Source: Anaerolineae bacterium (GTDB lineage: Bacteria > Chloroflexota > Anaerolineae > JBHIDP01). Taken from it: a DNA stretch of 33,212 nt. Numbering within the stretch: position 1 is the stretch's first letter; each line of letters begins with the position of its first letter. The stretch spans positions 1 to 33,212 of the forward strand of contig JBHIDP010000002.1 in the NCBI GenBank assembly GCA_046760185.1, written 5' to 3'. The position numbers were made by a program, and so were the translations under genes. Of this stretch, positions 24,497 to 33,135 are shown piece by piece. The notes under the pieces are model-generated. The model saw nothing but the letters and a program-made list of their open reading frames with translations, was not told where the DNA came from and searched no databases.

Positions 24497-24641
24497 CGTT
24501 ACCTCCCCAAAATGGTCAAGACCGTCCCCCCGAACTGAGTGGTCGCCCTTGCTGGAAATTCAGCCTAATCTTACTTGAAGCATGGAGGCCGGACAAGGGC
24601 AAACGGTATCAACTTTCCAGCCAAACAGTATCTACCGAAAC

Positions 24642-24676
24642 AAAAAAACTCCCTCTCCTGTCCTCAGAAAAGGGAG
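24642..24676 (-). terminator. intrinsic terminator after the third regulator
   Basis: On the - strand a 12-bp stem forms (CTCCCTTTTCTG, loop AGGA, CAGGAGAGGGAG; two G-U pairs). Seven T residues follow. Confidence 0.7.
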
Positions 24677-24703
24677 CGAAAAACAACCTGATTTGAAGAA
24701 GGA

Positions 24704-25345
24704 CTATATCAACCCTCTTTTGATAGCTTCTGCCACTGCTTGAGCTCGATTAACTACCTCTAACTTGCCCAAAATGTCTTGGATTTTCCTCTTTACCGTT
24801 ACCTCGCTCCAGTAGAGTCTCTTAGCGATCTCCTTGTTGGTAGCCCCTTCAGCGATCAGGCTTAGGACTTGCAGCTCCAGGTCAGACAACTGCGATTCAT
24901 GCCTCGCCTTCTCTTTGGCCAGTTCCTCGAACTGCTGGAGAACCTTGCCTACCAACTGCGGGCTTAACAGGCGTTCACCCTTGTACACGGACCGTATGGA
25001 TGAGGCTAGCATCTCATGGGAAGCGCTCTTGAGCAGGTAGCCATGCGCTCCAGCTTGCAGAGCTCCATACAGATACTCATCGTCATCGTACGTGGTCAAG
25101 ATTATGATCTTCACCTCTGGCTGTGCCCGTCTCAGTTGACGGGCAATCTCTATGCCATTTGGACCGGGCATGAGGATGTCCAGCAGAACTACGTCAGGCT
25201 TTACCTCTCTTACTTGCTCGACGACAGCGAAGCTGGTGCTTGCCTCTCCAACAACTTCAATGTCAGAAAAGCTCGACAACAGACTGCGCAGCCCCTGTCG
25301 TACCACAGGGTGGTCGTCAGCAACCAAAACTCTGATCTTGTTCAT
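24704..25345 (-). CDS. response regulator, NarL/LuxR family
   Basis: GGAG lies 6 nt before the ATG at 25345. Motifs are MNKIRVLVADDHPVVRQGL...LDILMP, then LSDLELQVLSLIAEGATNKEIA. It overlaps the 3' end of the kinase gene. Confidence 0.9.
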   Translation of the reverse strand: MNKIRVLVADDHPVVRQGLRSLLSSFSDIEVVGEASTSFAVVEQVREVKPDVVLLDILMPGPNGIEIARQLRRAQPEVKIIILTTYDDDEYLYGALQAGAHGYLLKSASHEMLASSIRSVYKGERLLSPQLVGKVLQQFEELAKEKARHESQLSDLELQVLSLIAEGATNKEIAKRLYWSEVTVKRKIQDILGKLEVVNRAQAVAEAIKRGLI

Positions 25346-26957
25346 TCTGTACTCCGCCGCTGTGTACATTCTGATCGGATGTAGCTGGAATCCTGAGGAT
25401 TATCCTGGTGCCGTGCCCAGGAGCGGATCGGATCTCTATCTCCCCTCCCATGCTCTCCGCTCTCTGTTTCATGCCCAGCAGTCCCAAACGACCATTAAAA
25501 TCGCGTCCTGCTGCCTCGTAGGCGAATCCTCGACCATCATCCTCCACACTGACTTTCAACTCAGTTGCCCCAAAATCAAGGCGGACTTGGACCGAGGAAG
25601 CTTCAGCATGGGCTTCCGTGTTGTGGAGAGCTTCTTGCACGATGCGGAAGATGGCAACCTCCTTGTCCGGCGGCAGCCTCCACGGCTTGCCAGAGATGCG
25701 CACTGAGCATGAGATGTCAAAAAGTTCATGGTAGTTCACCGCATATCTCTTCAGGGCCGGGATCAATCCTGAGGTATCGAAGCCGGTGGGACGTAAATCG
25801 TGTATGACCCGGCGTGTTTCAGTCTCCACTCTGGTGAGCAGGTCTTGAACAGTCCGCAACCTCTCCGTGGCTTCTTCCGGTTGTGAAGGGAGCCTTTCTC
25901 TAGCGGCCTGGATTTCATAGAGGGCACCAATGATCAACTGTGTCACGCCGTCATGCATATCATGGGCTATTCGGGCCCGTTCCTCTTCCTGGACACTTAT
26001 GGTTTTGGTCAGCAGTTGCTGAAGCTGACTTGCCTTTCGAGCGATCTCCTCCTTTGCCCTGGCCAGTTCCTTGGCCCTTGCCCGTTGCAGTTTCGAAATT
26101 TCCGACTCCAGCCTTGTCTTTTCCTTCAAACTTTGCGCCATGCGATTGAAAGATGTGGCCAGCTCGCTGATCTCATCATTCCCTTTGAGTTCCAGGCGCT
26201 GGTCTAACTCCCCTTGACCAAGCCGTCTCATGGCCTGCACGAGGATCTTGAGCCTGGTCAGAACAATTTGGTTCATCACCAGACTTGCTATCAAAACCAC
26301 AACCACAATTGCGCTCAGGAGGATGGCAATAGTCTCCCTCAGATGGATTCCAATCTCTTTATTGACCTCGGCCATGGAGAAGTCGGCCAGTATCACACCA
26401 CTGATAGCCGACTGGGGATCGTGACAGCTATGGCATTCCTGCCTGTTCTCTACCGGGTTAACATTACGGAGGACTTCCTCTCCACTATCTGTTTTGAAAA
26501 TAACCGTCCTGCTACGTTTCTGGGCTGTGTCCCGCTGGTGGCAAAGCTGGCACGTCGAATCACTGAGGTCTAACCGTTTGCCTATTTCTTCTGCGTTGGG
26601 AGAAGCAGTGATCTTGCCGCTCTTATCAAGAAGGAGGATGCTCACGATATCCTGTTGTTTGCCCAGATCGTTTAAAATGGTACGTAGTTCATCCGGATCT
26701 TGAGTCATCATGCTGTGTTGGAGGCTGCTTTCGATCAAATCGCTTTGCAGTGTGGCGGTTGCTACCCTCTGAGCTATGAGCCGGTCCCGATGGCGAATAT
26801 ACTCAACATAAAAAAGCAGACTTAAGGTGGCAATCAAGGCCACCGATAAGACAAGCACCAGTTTGAAGCTCAGGCTGCGAAAAGTCCCGACAGACTCGAT
26901 ATCTTTAACTTTCAATGACCTTCCCTGTCCTTTGCTCAACTTTAGACCGTGTTCCAA
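25317..26957 (-). CDS. sensor histidine kinase (NarL class) with a two-CxxCH outer sensor loop, HAMP, HisKA_3 and HATPase
   Basis: TM1 is LSFKLVLVLSVALIATLSLLFYV and TM2 is AILLSAIVVVVLIASLVM. CQLCH and CHSCH lie between them. Other motifs are HAMP (RLGQGELDQRLE), the H-box AHDMHDGVTQLI, DLRP and DDGRGF. The start is uncertain: the frame opens at a TTG and there is no ATG before TM1. Confidence 0.88.
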   Translation of the reverse strand: MEHGLKLSKGQGRSLKVKDIESVGTFRSLSFKLVLVLSVALIATLSLLFYVEYIRHRDRLIAQRVATATLQSDLIESSLQHSMMTQDPDELRTILNDLGKQQDIVSILLLDKSGKITASPNAEEIGKRLDLSDSTCQLCHQRDTAQKRSRTVIFKTDSGEEVLRNVNPVENRQECHSCHDPQSAISGVILADFSMAEVNKEIGIHLRETIAILLSAIVVVVLIASLVMNQIVLTRLKILVQAMRRLGQGELDQRLELKGNDEISELATSFNRMAQSLKEKTRLESEISKLQRARAKELARAKEEIARKASQLQQLLTKTISVQEEERARIAHDMHDGVTQLIIGALYEIQAARERLPSQPEEATERLRTVQDLLTRVETETRRVIHDLRPTGFDTSGLIPALKRYAVNYHELFDISCSVRISGKPWRLPPDKEVAIFRIVQEALHNTEAHAEASSVQVRLDFGATELKVSVEDDGRGFAYEAAGRDFNGRLGLLGMKQRAESMGGEIEIRSAPGHGTRIILRIPATSDQNVHSGGVQNEQDQSFGC

Positions 26958-26996
26958 CTTATTTTACCACATCTGATCGGAAATGGCTAAGTTAAA

Positions 26997-27134
26997 GGAC
27001 TTACGCTAAAGGTGCCCGGCACCTCTCAACTCCGCTATTCAGCCGAAAACTTTGCTTTTTGCGGCCAGAGTTGGCACCATCGAGCCGCATTTTGAGGTGC
27101 CGGGCACCTGAACTCAGGGTAACTGCGTAAGTCC
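26997..27134. repeat. 138-bp element with two nested perfect inverted repeats
   Basis: The outer repeat is GGACTTACGC (26997-27006) with GCGTAAGTCC (27125-27134). The inner repeat is AGGTGCCCGGCACCTC (27010-27025) with GAGGTGCCGGGCACCT (27094-27109). Confidence 0.65.
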
Positions 27135-27257
27135 TGTAAGTTAGTCTCGTGTTGTTGCCTACGTTGGGGGTGTGCTCCATGCCCCTGGGAGCCGGCTCTG
27201 CGCCTTTTTGGAGGGAAGAGCACCTTGCGGTCGGTGCTATCCTGCCTTTGTAACTTG

Positions 27258-27284
27258 TTGAATGCATACGGTTCATGATATAAT
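27258..27284 (+). promoter_or_regulatory. promoter candidate with an extended -10 upstream of the CCA-enzyme gene
   Basis: TGATATAAT contains TG at 27276-27277 and TATAAT at 27279-27284. A weak -35 TTGAAT lies at 27258-27263, with a 15-nt spacer. Confidence 0.4.
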
Positions 27285-27314
27285 TAAGTGGATTGATTAA
27301 ACATACCCAGCCTG

Positions 27315-29903
27315 ATGCCTATGGAAATAATAACTACTCATGACCACACCGATTTCGATGCGTTAGCGGCCATGTTGGGGGCGAAGAAGATGTACCCAGA
27401 GGCAGTGCCGCTTCTGCCACGACGGCCGAACCGTAATCTGCGCCACTTTCTGACCCTCTACTGGGACGAGCTCCCCTTCGTCCGCCCCGAGGATCTGCCG
27501 CGACGCAAAGTATCACGCCTGATCCTGGTTGACACCCAAAGTGTCCCCTCGCTAAGGGGGAAACAGGCCACAACGGAGATTTTCATTATTGACCATCATC
27601 CCCTGAGCAGACCGCTGGAAAAAAGGATGACCTATTGCGGGGGGGACACTGGAGCCACTACTACTATCCTGGTTGAGCAGATCATGCAGGCTCAGATCGA
27701 GATTTCACCGGTCGAGGCTACTTTGCTTCTGTTGGGTATCTACGAGGATACCGGCTCCCTTTCCTACGTTGATACCACCCCCAAGGATCTACGCTGTGCT
27801 GCCTGGCTGCTGGAACAAGGGGCCAATCTCGAGGTGGTTAACGAGTTCCTCTATGAGCCCCTCAGTGAACAGCAGCGAGAGCTGTATGCCCGTCTGGTGC
27901 AGAATGCCGAGTTTCATCAGTTTGTTGGTCAAACAGTGGTCATCGCCACGGCAGCAGTGGAGGAGTACGTAGAGGAGGTATCTACCCTGGCCCACAGGCT
28001 GCGGGACCTGTATGATCCGGCTGCCCTCTTCCTGGCGGTGCAAATGGATAACCGGGTACAGGTTGTGGCCCGCAGCAGCAGTGAGACCATAGATGTCTCT
28101 GAGATCGCCCAGCGCCTGGGAGGGGGCGGACACAGCAGGGCTGCCGCGGCTGTCATCAGGGATACTGACTTGGCCTGGGTGCGGCGGCGGTTGCTGGAAC
28201 TGCTGAAAGAGCATGCCAAGCCGGCCGTGACCGTGGCCCAAATCATGTCCTGGGGTGTGCATACTCTGTCTCCAGAAACCACGGTGGCCGAAGCCGAGAG
28301 AATGATGCGCCGCTACAGCCATGAGGGTTTCCCGGTCGTGGATGGTGATCACCTGGTAGGTGTCCTCACCCGGCGGGAGATTGACAAAGCCCTCCATCAC
28401 AAACTGGGTGGAGCACCTATTGAAACCTACATGCACAAGGGGGAGATCAGCGTCACACCGAGCGACTCGGTGGAATACTTGCAGAAGGTGATGATTGACC
28501 ACGCTCTCGGCCAGGTACCGGTGGTAGAAGGGGGCAAGATTGTGGGCATAGTTACCCGTACTGACCTGATCAAGCTGTGGAGCCAGCCAGCGCAACCGTC
28601 AGGTACAGAAGTGGTGGCAGACCGTATAGAGGAAGCTTTACCGCCTCCCCTGGTTGATCTGGTGAAGGAGGCCAGCCGCACCGCTACTGAAATGGGTTTT
28701 GCCCTGTACTTTGTGGGCGGATTGGTACGGGACCTCCTGCTGGGCCTGCCGAATCTGGACATTGACCTGGTGGTTGAGGGTGAAGCCATCGCTCTGGCTC
28801 AACGCCTGGCGGAGGTAAAGGGGGGGAGGGTCCATGGCCACGCCCGCTTTGGCACTGCCAAATGGATTCTGGAGGGGACAGCCTATGCTGACGTTGTGCC
28901 TTACATAGACTTCGTAACGGCTCGCACCGAATTCTACGACCATCCTACGGCCTTGCCCCAGATTGAGCGCAGTTCCATAAAACAGGATCTGCACCGGCGC
29001 GATTTCACCATCAACGCCATGGCCATCAGCCTGGAGGAGAAAAACTACGGCCAGCTCCTCGACTTCTATGGGGGGATAAGGGACCTGGAACAGGGGCTGA
29101 TCCGCGTGCTTCACAGCTTAAGCTTTGTGGAGGACCCTACCCGCATGTTGCGGGCCGTGCGCCTGGAACAGCGACTGGGCTTCAGGATAGAGGAACGCAC
29201 CCTCGAACTGATCGAAAATGCGCTGGATCTGCTGGACCGGGTCAGTGCCGACCGTGTGCGCAGCGAACTGGACCTGATCTTCCAGGAGGAGGAGCCGGAG
29301 CGGAGCCTACGACGATTGGATGAACTGGGCGTTCTGGTCCAGGTCCACCCCGGCCTCCGCTATGATGCCTGGCTGGAGACCAAGGTACGGCAACTGCGCA
29401 CTGGTTTTGAGGCATGGAGGCAAATGGCCACCAAGACAGCACTGGACAGCTCCATACTCAATTCCCTCTACCTTGGCCTCCTGACCTTCCGTCTGGCTGA
29501 AGGTGAGATCGAGGCTCTTATTGATCGTCTGAGGCTACCTCGCTACGATGCAGAAGCATTGCGGCAGGTCAGCAGTTTGAAGGGGATAGAAACAGAATTG
29601 AATGAGAAGGAGCTACGGCCCAGCCAGGTCTATCACCTGCTGGAATACTACTCCGAGCCGGCCCTTTTCATCCTTTGGGTTGCCTCGGATAAGAAGAGGG
29701 TCCGTCAAAGGTTGGAGCAGTACCACAGCACCCTGCGCTTCGTCGAGCCGGAGATTGATGGGGAGCATCTCAAGAAGATGGGCATCAAGCCTGGCCCGAT
29801 CTATGGCCACATCCTGGAAGGGCTGCGCGATGCCCGGCTCGACGGTGAGATCGGCAGCCTGGCCGAAGAGGAGAGTCTGGTGAAGAAATGGGCAGCCCAA
29901 TAG
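27315..29903 (+). CDS. cca: multidomain tRNA nucleotidyltransferase/poly(A) polymerase family protein (DHH/DHHA1 + 2 CBS + CCA-adding head and body)
   Basis: 862 aa. Motifs are THDHTDFDALAA, IIDHHP, GGGGHSRAA, a CBS pair (HEGFPVVDGDHLVGVLTRREI; VPVVEGGKIVGIVTRTDL) and YFVGGLVRDLLLGLPNLDIDLVVEG...RRDFTINAMA. Confidence 0.88.
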   Translation: MPMEIITTHDHTDFDALAAMLGAKKMYPEAVPLLPRRPNRNLRHFLTLYWDELPFVRPEDLPRRKVSRLILVDTQSVPSLRGKQATTEIFIIDHHPLSRPLEKRMTYCGGDTGATTTILVEQIMQAQIEISPVEATLLLLGIYEDTGSLSYVDTTPKDLRCAAWLLEQGANLEVVNEFLYEPLSEQQRELYARLVQNAEFHQFVGQTVVIATAAVEEYVEEVSTLAHRLRDLYDPAALFLAVQMDNRVQVVARSSSETIDVSEIAQRLGGGGHSRAAAAVIRDTDLAWVRRRLLELLKEHAKPAVTVAQIMSWGVHTLSPETTVAEAERMMRRYSHEGFPVVDGDHLVGVLTRREIDKALHHKLGGAPIETYMHKGEISVTPSDSVEYLQKVMIDHALGQVPVVEGGKIVGIVTRTDLIKLWSQPAQPSGTEVVADRIEEALPPPLVDLVKEASRTATEMGFALYFVGGLVRDLLLGLPNLDIDLVVEGEAIALAQRLAEVKGGRVHGHARFGTAKWILEGTAYADVVPYIDFVTARTEFYDHPTALPQIERSSIKQDLHRRDFTINAMAISLEEKNYGQLLDFYGGIRDLEQGLIRVLHSLSFVEDPTRMLRAVRLEQRLGFRIEERTLELIENALDLLDRVSADRVRSELDLIFQEEEPERSLRRLDELGVLVQVHPGLRYDAWLETKVRQLRTGFEAWRQMATKTALDSSILNSLYLGLLTFRLAEGEIEALIDRLRLPRYDAEALRQVSSLKGIETELNEKELRPSQVYHLLEYYSEPALFILWVASDKKRVRQRLEQYHSTLRFVEPEIDGEHLKKMGIKPGPIYGHILEGLRDARLDGEIGSLAEEESLVKKWAAQ

Positions 29904-29969
29904 TTTATGTTATTTAAGCTAGACCTGTCAGGTCTTGTACTCATCATGCCAATGGAAGGGAGACAGACC

Positions 29970-30227
29970 ATGCGAGGCTTAGAACAGTTCGATCAGCAAA
30001 GCCGCGAGTTTGTCAACACAGCCAAAGACTGGATTGATAAGGAAATGGCCCTGAGGCAGATGCTGGCTAAGACTTCCATTTGGGGCGAGGAGACCCAGAA
30101 GCTGTGGCGGGAGAGGTATGAAGAGGCCAGGAAAGCGCATAACAAGCTCATGGAGCTTTCGCAACAGATCGTCGCCAGCAGGCCTCCCGAACAGCCCCCG
30201 GACTCGGTGGTCGGATATCACCGCTGA
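29970..30227 (+). CDS. small hypothetical helical protein (85 aa)
   Basis: GGAAGGGAG lies 7 nt before the ATG at 29970 (MRGLEQFDQQSREF...). The track ORF from 29907 is an extension. Confidence 0.45.
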   Translation: MRGLEQFDQQSREFVNTAKDWIDKEMALRQMLAKTSIWGEETQKLWRERYEEARKAHNKLMELSQQIVASRPPEQPPDSVVGYHR

Positions 30228-30245
30228 CTAACTCCAATGTTAAAT

Positions 30246-30336
30246 CCTCCCGCAGGTTCGAGTTTGGCCGTCAGAGACCTCTCGCAACTCAGGAAACCTG
30301 TCACGCCACAAATGCCTCACTGTAACCTGCGGGAGG
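30246..30336. repeat. 13-bp perfect inverted repeat with a 65-nt spacer between convergent genes
   Basis: CCTCCCGCAGGTT (30246-30258) pairs with AACCTGCGGGAGG (30324-30336). Confidence 0.6.
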
Positions 30337-30375
30337 GTAGGCGGAGCAATCGGTGCTGGACGCAAACGCAGGTGA

Positions 30376-31263
30376 TCAGAAGAGGTACAGGATCAGCACC
30401 ACGGAGATCCCCCAAAGGAGGATGGCCGCGATGAAGGGCGGATCGCCGATAAGGATTTCCTCAGGGCTCCCACCGGCGTTCTTGATGTGAATCAGGTAGA
30501 GGTAGCGGAAGATGCCGTAGATGACGAAGGGGATGGTCAGCATCATGGCATGGTTCTCCGGGAGGTTGGGGGCGGAGAAGGTGTAGAGGGAATAGGCCAT
30601 CACTGAGGCCGAGCTCACTACGGCGATCATCTCATCCAGGAAGTGGCGGCTGTACTCCCGCAGGATGGCACGGTGCTCGCTGGCGTTGTCTTCGAGGAGG
30701 AGTAGTTCATGGCGGCGCTTGCCAAAGCCGAGGAAGAGGGCCAGCAGGATGGTGCAGACATAGAGCCAGGGGGAGATGCCCACATCAATGACCACAGCTC
30801 CGGCTACAGCGCGCAGCACGAACCCGGCCGCAATGGTGAAGACATCAATGATGACTACGTTCTTCAGCACGAAGTTGTAGGTGAGCATCACCAGGAAATA
30901 GGCCAAAGCGATGCTCCCGAAGAAAAGGTGCAGCCAGAAAGAGGCCACCAGGGAGAGGGGCAGCAGAACGGCCAGGGCCACGATGGCTTGGCGCGCGGTT
31001 AGCTTGCCGGCGGGGAGGGGACGGAGGGACTTGGTCGGGTGGTGACGGTCCTTTTCCATGTCCATTATGTCGTTGATCAGATAGACGCAGCCGGAAAGGA
31101 TGCAGAAGAGGAACAAGGCCGGCATAACTAGACCCAGCATGTGGTACATCTCGGGGCTGAAGGGGCTCCAATATTCGTTCAGGGTGAACATGAAGGGAAA
31201 AAGCAGGATGGCGTTTTTGGTCCACTGCTTGGGTCGCATGGTGATGAGAAGAGCTTTGAACAT
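30376..31263 (-). CDS. UbiA-family prenyltransferase, decaprenyl-phosphate phosphoribosyltransferase-like
   Basis: The start is placed at MFKALLITMRPKQWTKNAILLFPF. The NDxxDxxxD motif is present (LINDIMDMEKDRHHPTKSLRPLPAG). The protein is polytopic. The track ORF extends to 31335. Confidence 0.8.
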   Translation of the reverse strand: MFKALLITMRPKQWTKNAILLFPFMFTLNEYWSPFSPEMYHMLGLVMPALFLFCILSGCVYLINDIMDMEKDRHHPTKSLRPLPAGKLTARQAIVALAVLLPLSLVASFWLHLFFGSIALAYFLVMLTYNFVLKNVVIIDVFTIAAGFVLRAVAGAVVIDVGISPWLYVCTILLALFLGFGKRRHELLLLEDNASEHRAILREYSRHFLDEMIAVVSSASVMAYSLYTFSAPNLPENHAMMLTIPFVIYGIFRYLYLIHIKNAGGSPEEILIGDPPFIAAILLWGISVVLILYLF

Positions 31264-31368
31264 CGTTGATCGGACCCCCTTTTGCAGGAGCGTTATTGAA
31301 CGGAGGCTGTTTCCAGCCTGGAGAAATACGAACAAAATGATAACCTAAGGTGTCTCATAAGTCAAACC

Positions 31369-32160
31369 ATGAAAAAGCGACTGGATCTGCTGCTGGTGGA
31401 GAGGGAGTTGGTGGAAAGCCGCGAGCGGGCCCGGCAACTGATCAGAGCTGGTCACGTCTTGGTTGACGAGGTTGTCTTGGACAAGCCTGGCGTTAAGGTA
31501 AGGGAGGAGGCCCAGGTGCGGCTGCGCCAGACCCTGCCCTACGTCAGTCGTGGTGGTTTGAAGTTGGAAGCGGCCTTGGAGCGCTTTGCCCTTTCCGTGG
31601 AGGGGAAAGTGGCCCTGGACGTGGGTGCCTCCACCGGGGGCTTCACCGACTGTCTGCTGCAACGCGGTGCGGCCCGGGTGTATGCCGTTGACGTGGGCTA
31701 CGGACAACTGGCCTGGAAGCTTCGCCAGGATGGGCGGGTGGTGGTCATGGAGCGGACCAACATTCGGCACCTGACGGCGCTGCCGGAGCCAGTAGACCTG
31801 GCTGTGGTGGATGTTTCCTTTATCTCGCTGCGCCTGGTACTGCCAGTGGTGAAGAAACTGCTCAAGCCGGTGGGGGAGATTGTCTGCCTGATCAAACCCC
31901 AGTTCGAGGCTGGGCCGGAGCAGGTGGGGAAAGGGGGTGTGGTCAGGGACCCTGCCGTTCACAAGGTTGTGCTGGAGAGGATCGTTCATTTCGCCCGGGA
32001 GCAGGGGCTCTCGGTGCGGGGGTTGATCCCTTCACCCCTGCGTGGACCGGCCGGCAATGTGGAGTTCTTTGCTCACCTCACCCTGGAGAGTGAGAGGCCG
32101 ACCACTGACCTCTCAGCTATGATCAAGGCCTGTCTCGAACATAGCCTGGAGGTAAGCTGA
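31369..32160 (+). CDS. tlyA: TlyA-family rRNA 2'-O-ribose methyltransferase (S4-like + FtsJ-like)
   Basis: [30 protein letters not shown] forms the S4-like part. [19 protein letters not shown] is the SAM motif. PQFE and GNVEFF are also present. Confidence 0.88.
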   Translation: MKKRLDLLLVERELVESRERARQLIRAGHVLVDEVVLDKPGVKVREEAQVRLRQTLPYVSRGGLKLEAALERFALSVEGKVALDVGASTGGFTDCLLQRGAARVYAVDVGYGQLAWKLRQDGRVVVMERTNIRHLTALPEPVDLAVVDVSFISLRLVLPVVKKLLKPVGEIVCLIKPQFEAGPEQVGKGGVVRDPAVHKVVLERIVHFAREQGLSVRGLIPSPLRGPAGNVEFFAHLTLESERPTTDLSAMIKACLEHSLEVS

Positions 32161-32203
32161 AGGCTTTTTCGTTGAATTGACAACATCTCGGAAGGAGGAT
32201 GCC

Positions 32204-33016
32204 ATGACTCAATCAACTGTCAACCCTGAAATCAGGTATGAGGCTAAGGAAGGGGCTGTGGCCGGTATCTTCGCCCTCACCTCGGCTGAATCGAAACGGC
32301 TCATGGCCAAGGGGGTGGCCGCTTTGCCTGTGGTGAGGCAGGCTTTTGAGAAGGGGCGGATTATCATAGCCAACGGCACCACCACGGCCTTTGTTGCCGA
32401 GGAACTGATGGACATCTCCGTTCCAAAATACCCCTATGCGGCCGGCTACATTGGTGATGGGCGTCTGAGCTCCACTCCCAAGACCATCAGGATGACACCC
32501 TACGTGCTGGTAGACGGCAAGCCGGTTGATGTGCCAGCCAAGAAGATGATCCGCCAATTCGAGGCCGGGGATGTCTTTATCAAGAGCGGCAACGCTATTG
32601 ACTCTAACGGCCATGTGGGGATACTCATGGGTGATGAGCTGGGGGGTACCATCGGTATGGCTCTGGGGCCGGTGACAGCCCGGGGAGCCCATCTCATCAT
32701 GCCTGTTGGGCTGGAGAAGAAGATTGACTCAGTGATCGAGGCTTCGCGGCATTGCGGCATATCACGCCTGAAATACAGCATTGGTATGCTTGTTGGTCTC
32801 ATGCCCGTGGTGACCGGGACTGTGGTGACCGAGATCGAGGCTCTGCATATCCTGACCGGGGTGAAAGCTTTCCATGTCGCTTCGGGTGGCATCGGTGGCT
32901 GCGAAGGAGCGGTGACCCTGGTGGTCGAGGGGGAGGATGAGCAGGTGCAACGAGCCTTCACCTTGGTCGAAAGCATCAAGGGAGAACCCCCGGTGATGGT
33001 GGAGGCTGGAAAATGA
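32204..33016 (+). CDS. conserved-looking hypothetical protein (270 aa), soluble and Gly-rich
   Basis: GGAGG (32194-32198) lies 5 nt before the ATG at 32204. Coding-like composition. I recognise no family for it. Confidence 0.65.
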   Translation: MTQSTVNPEIRYEAKEGAVAGIFALTSAESKRLMAKGVAALPVVRQAFEKGRIIIANGTTTAFVAEELMDISVPKYPYAAGYIGDGRLSSTPKTIRMTPYVLVDGKPVDVPAKKMIRQFEAGDVFIKSGNAIDSNGHVGILMGDELGGTIGMALGPVTARGAHLIMPVGLEKKIDSVIEASRHCGISRLKYSIGMLVGLMPVVTGTVVTEIEALHILTGVKAFHVASGGIGGCEGAVTLVVEGEDEQVQRAFTLVESIKGEPPVMVEAGK

Positions 33017-33040
33017 GGAGGTGGTAGCAGGTGCTACTGG

Positions 33041-33064
33041 AGGGGCCGCAACGGCCCCTTTTTT
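33041..33064 (+). terminator. intrinsic terminator
   Basis: AGGGGCCG (33041-33048), loop CAA, CGGCCCCT (33052-33059), followed by a T run. Confidence 0.8.
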
Positions 33065-33089
33065 CATTTGAGCGTGGCCAAAACTTGTG

Positions 33090-33135
33090 GGAGTCGAGGC
33101 TTTAGCCGGTTTTATCCGCCTGAAGGCTCCACTCC
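33090..33135. repeat. dispersed repeat, copy 2 (short form)
   Basis: The sequence is GGAGTCGAGGCTTTAGCCGGTTTTATCCGCCTGAAGGCTCCACTCC. It has the same terminal blocks as 22402-22485 but lacks two internal segments. Confidence 0.7.

Noticed and set aside
24295-24696. 133-aa + strand ORF overlapping the 80-aa - strand ORF and the regulator terminator
   Set aside because: There is no RBS, the composition is Pro/Ser-rich, and it crosses the - strand terminator. The - strand 80-aa ORF has GGAGG at ideal spacing, so it was preferred, though itself only at moderate confidence.
27789-28595. 268-aa - strand ORF inside the CCA-enzyme gene
   Set aside because: This is an antisense shadow ORF with no RBS. 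The + strand frame carries unambiguous DHH, CBS and nucleotidyltransferase motifs.
30240-30300. tRNA-like T-arm string GGTTCGAGT
   Set aside because: The surrounding sequence does not fold into a cloverleaf: there is no acceptor stem, D-arm or anticodon arm. The string is part of the 13-bp inverted repeat arm.
31345-31989. 214-aa - strand ORF opposite tlyA
   Set aside because: This is an antisense shadow, His/Gln/Pro-rich with no motifs. The + strand TlyA frame is clearly coding.
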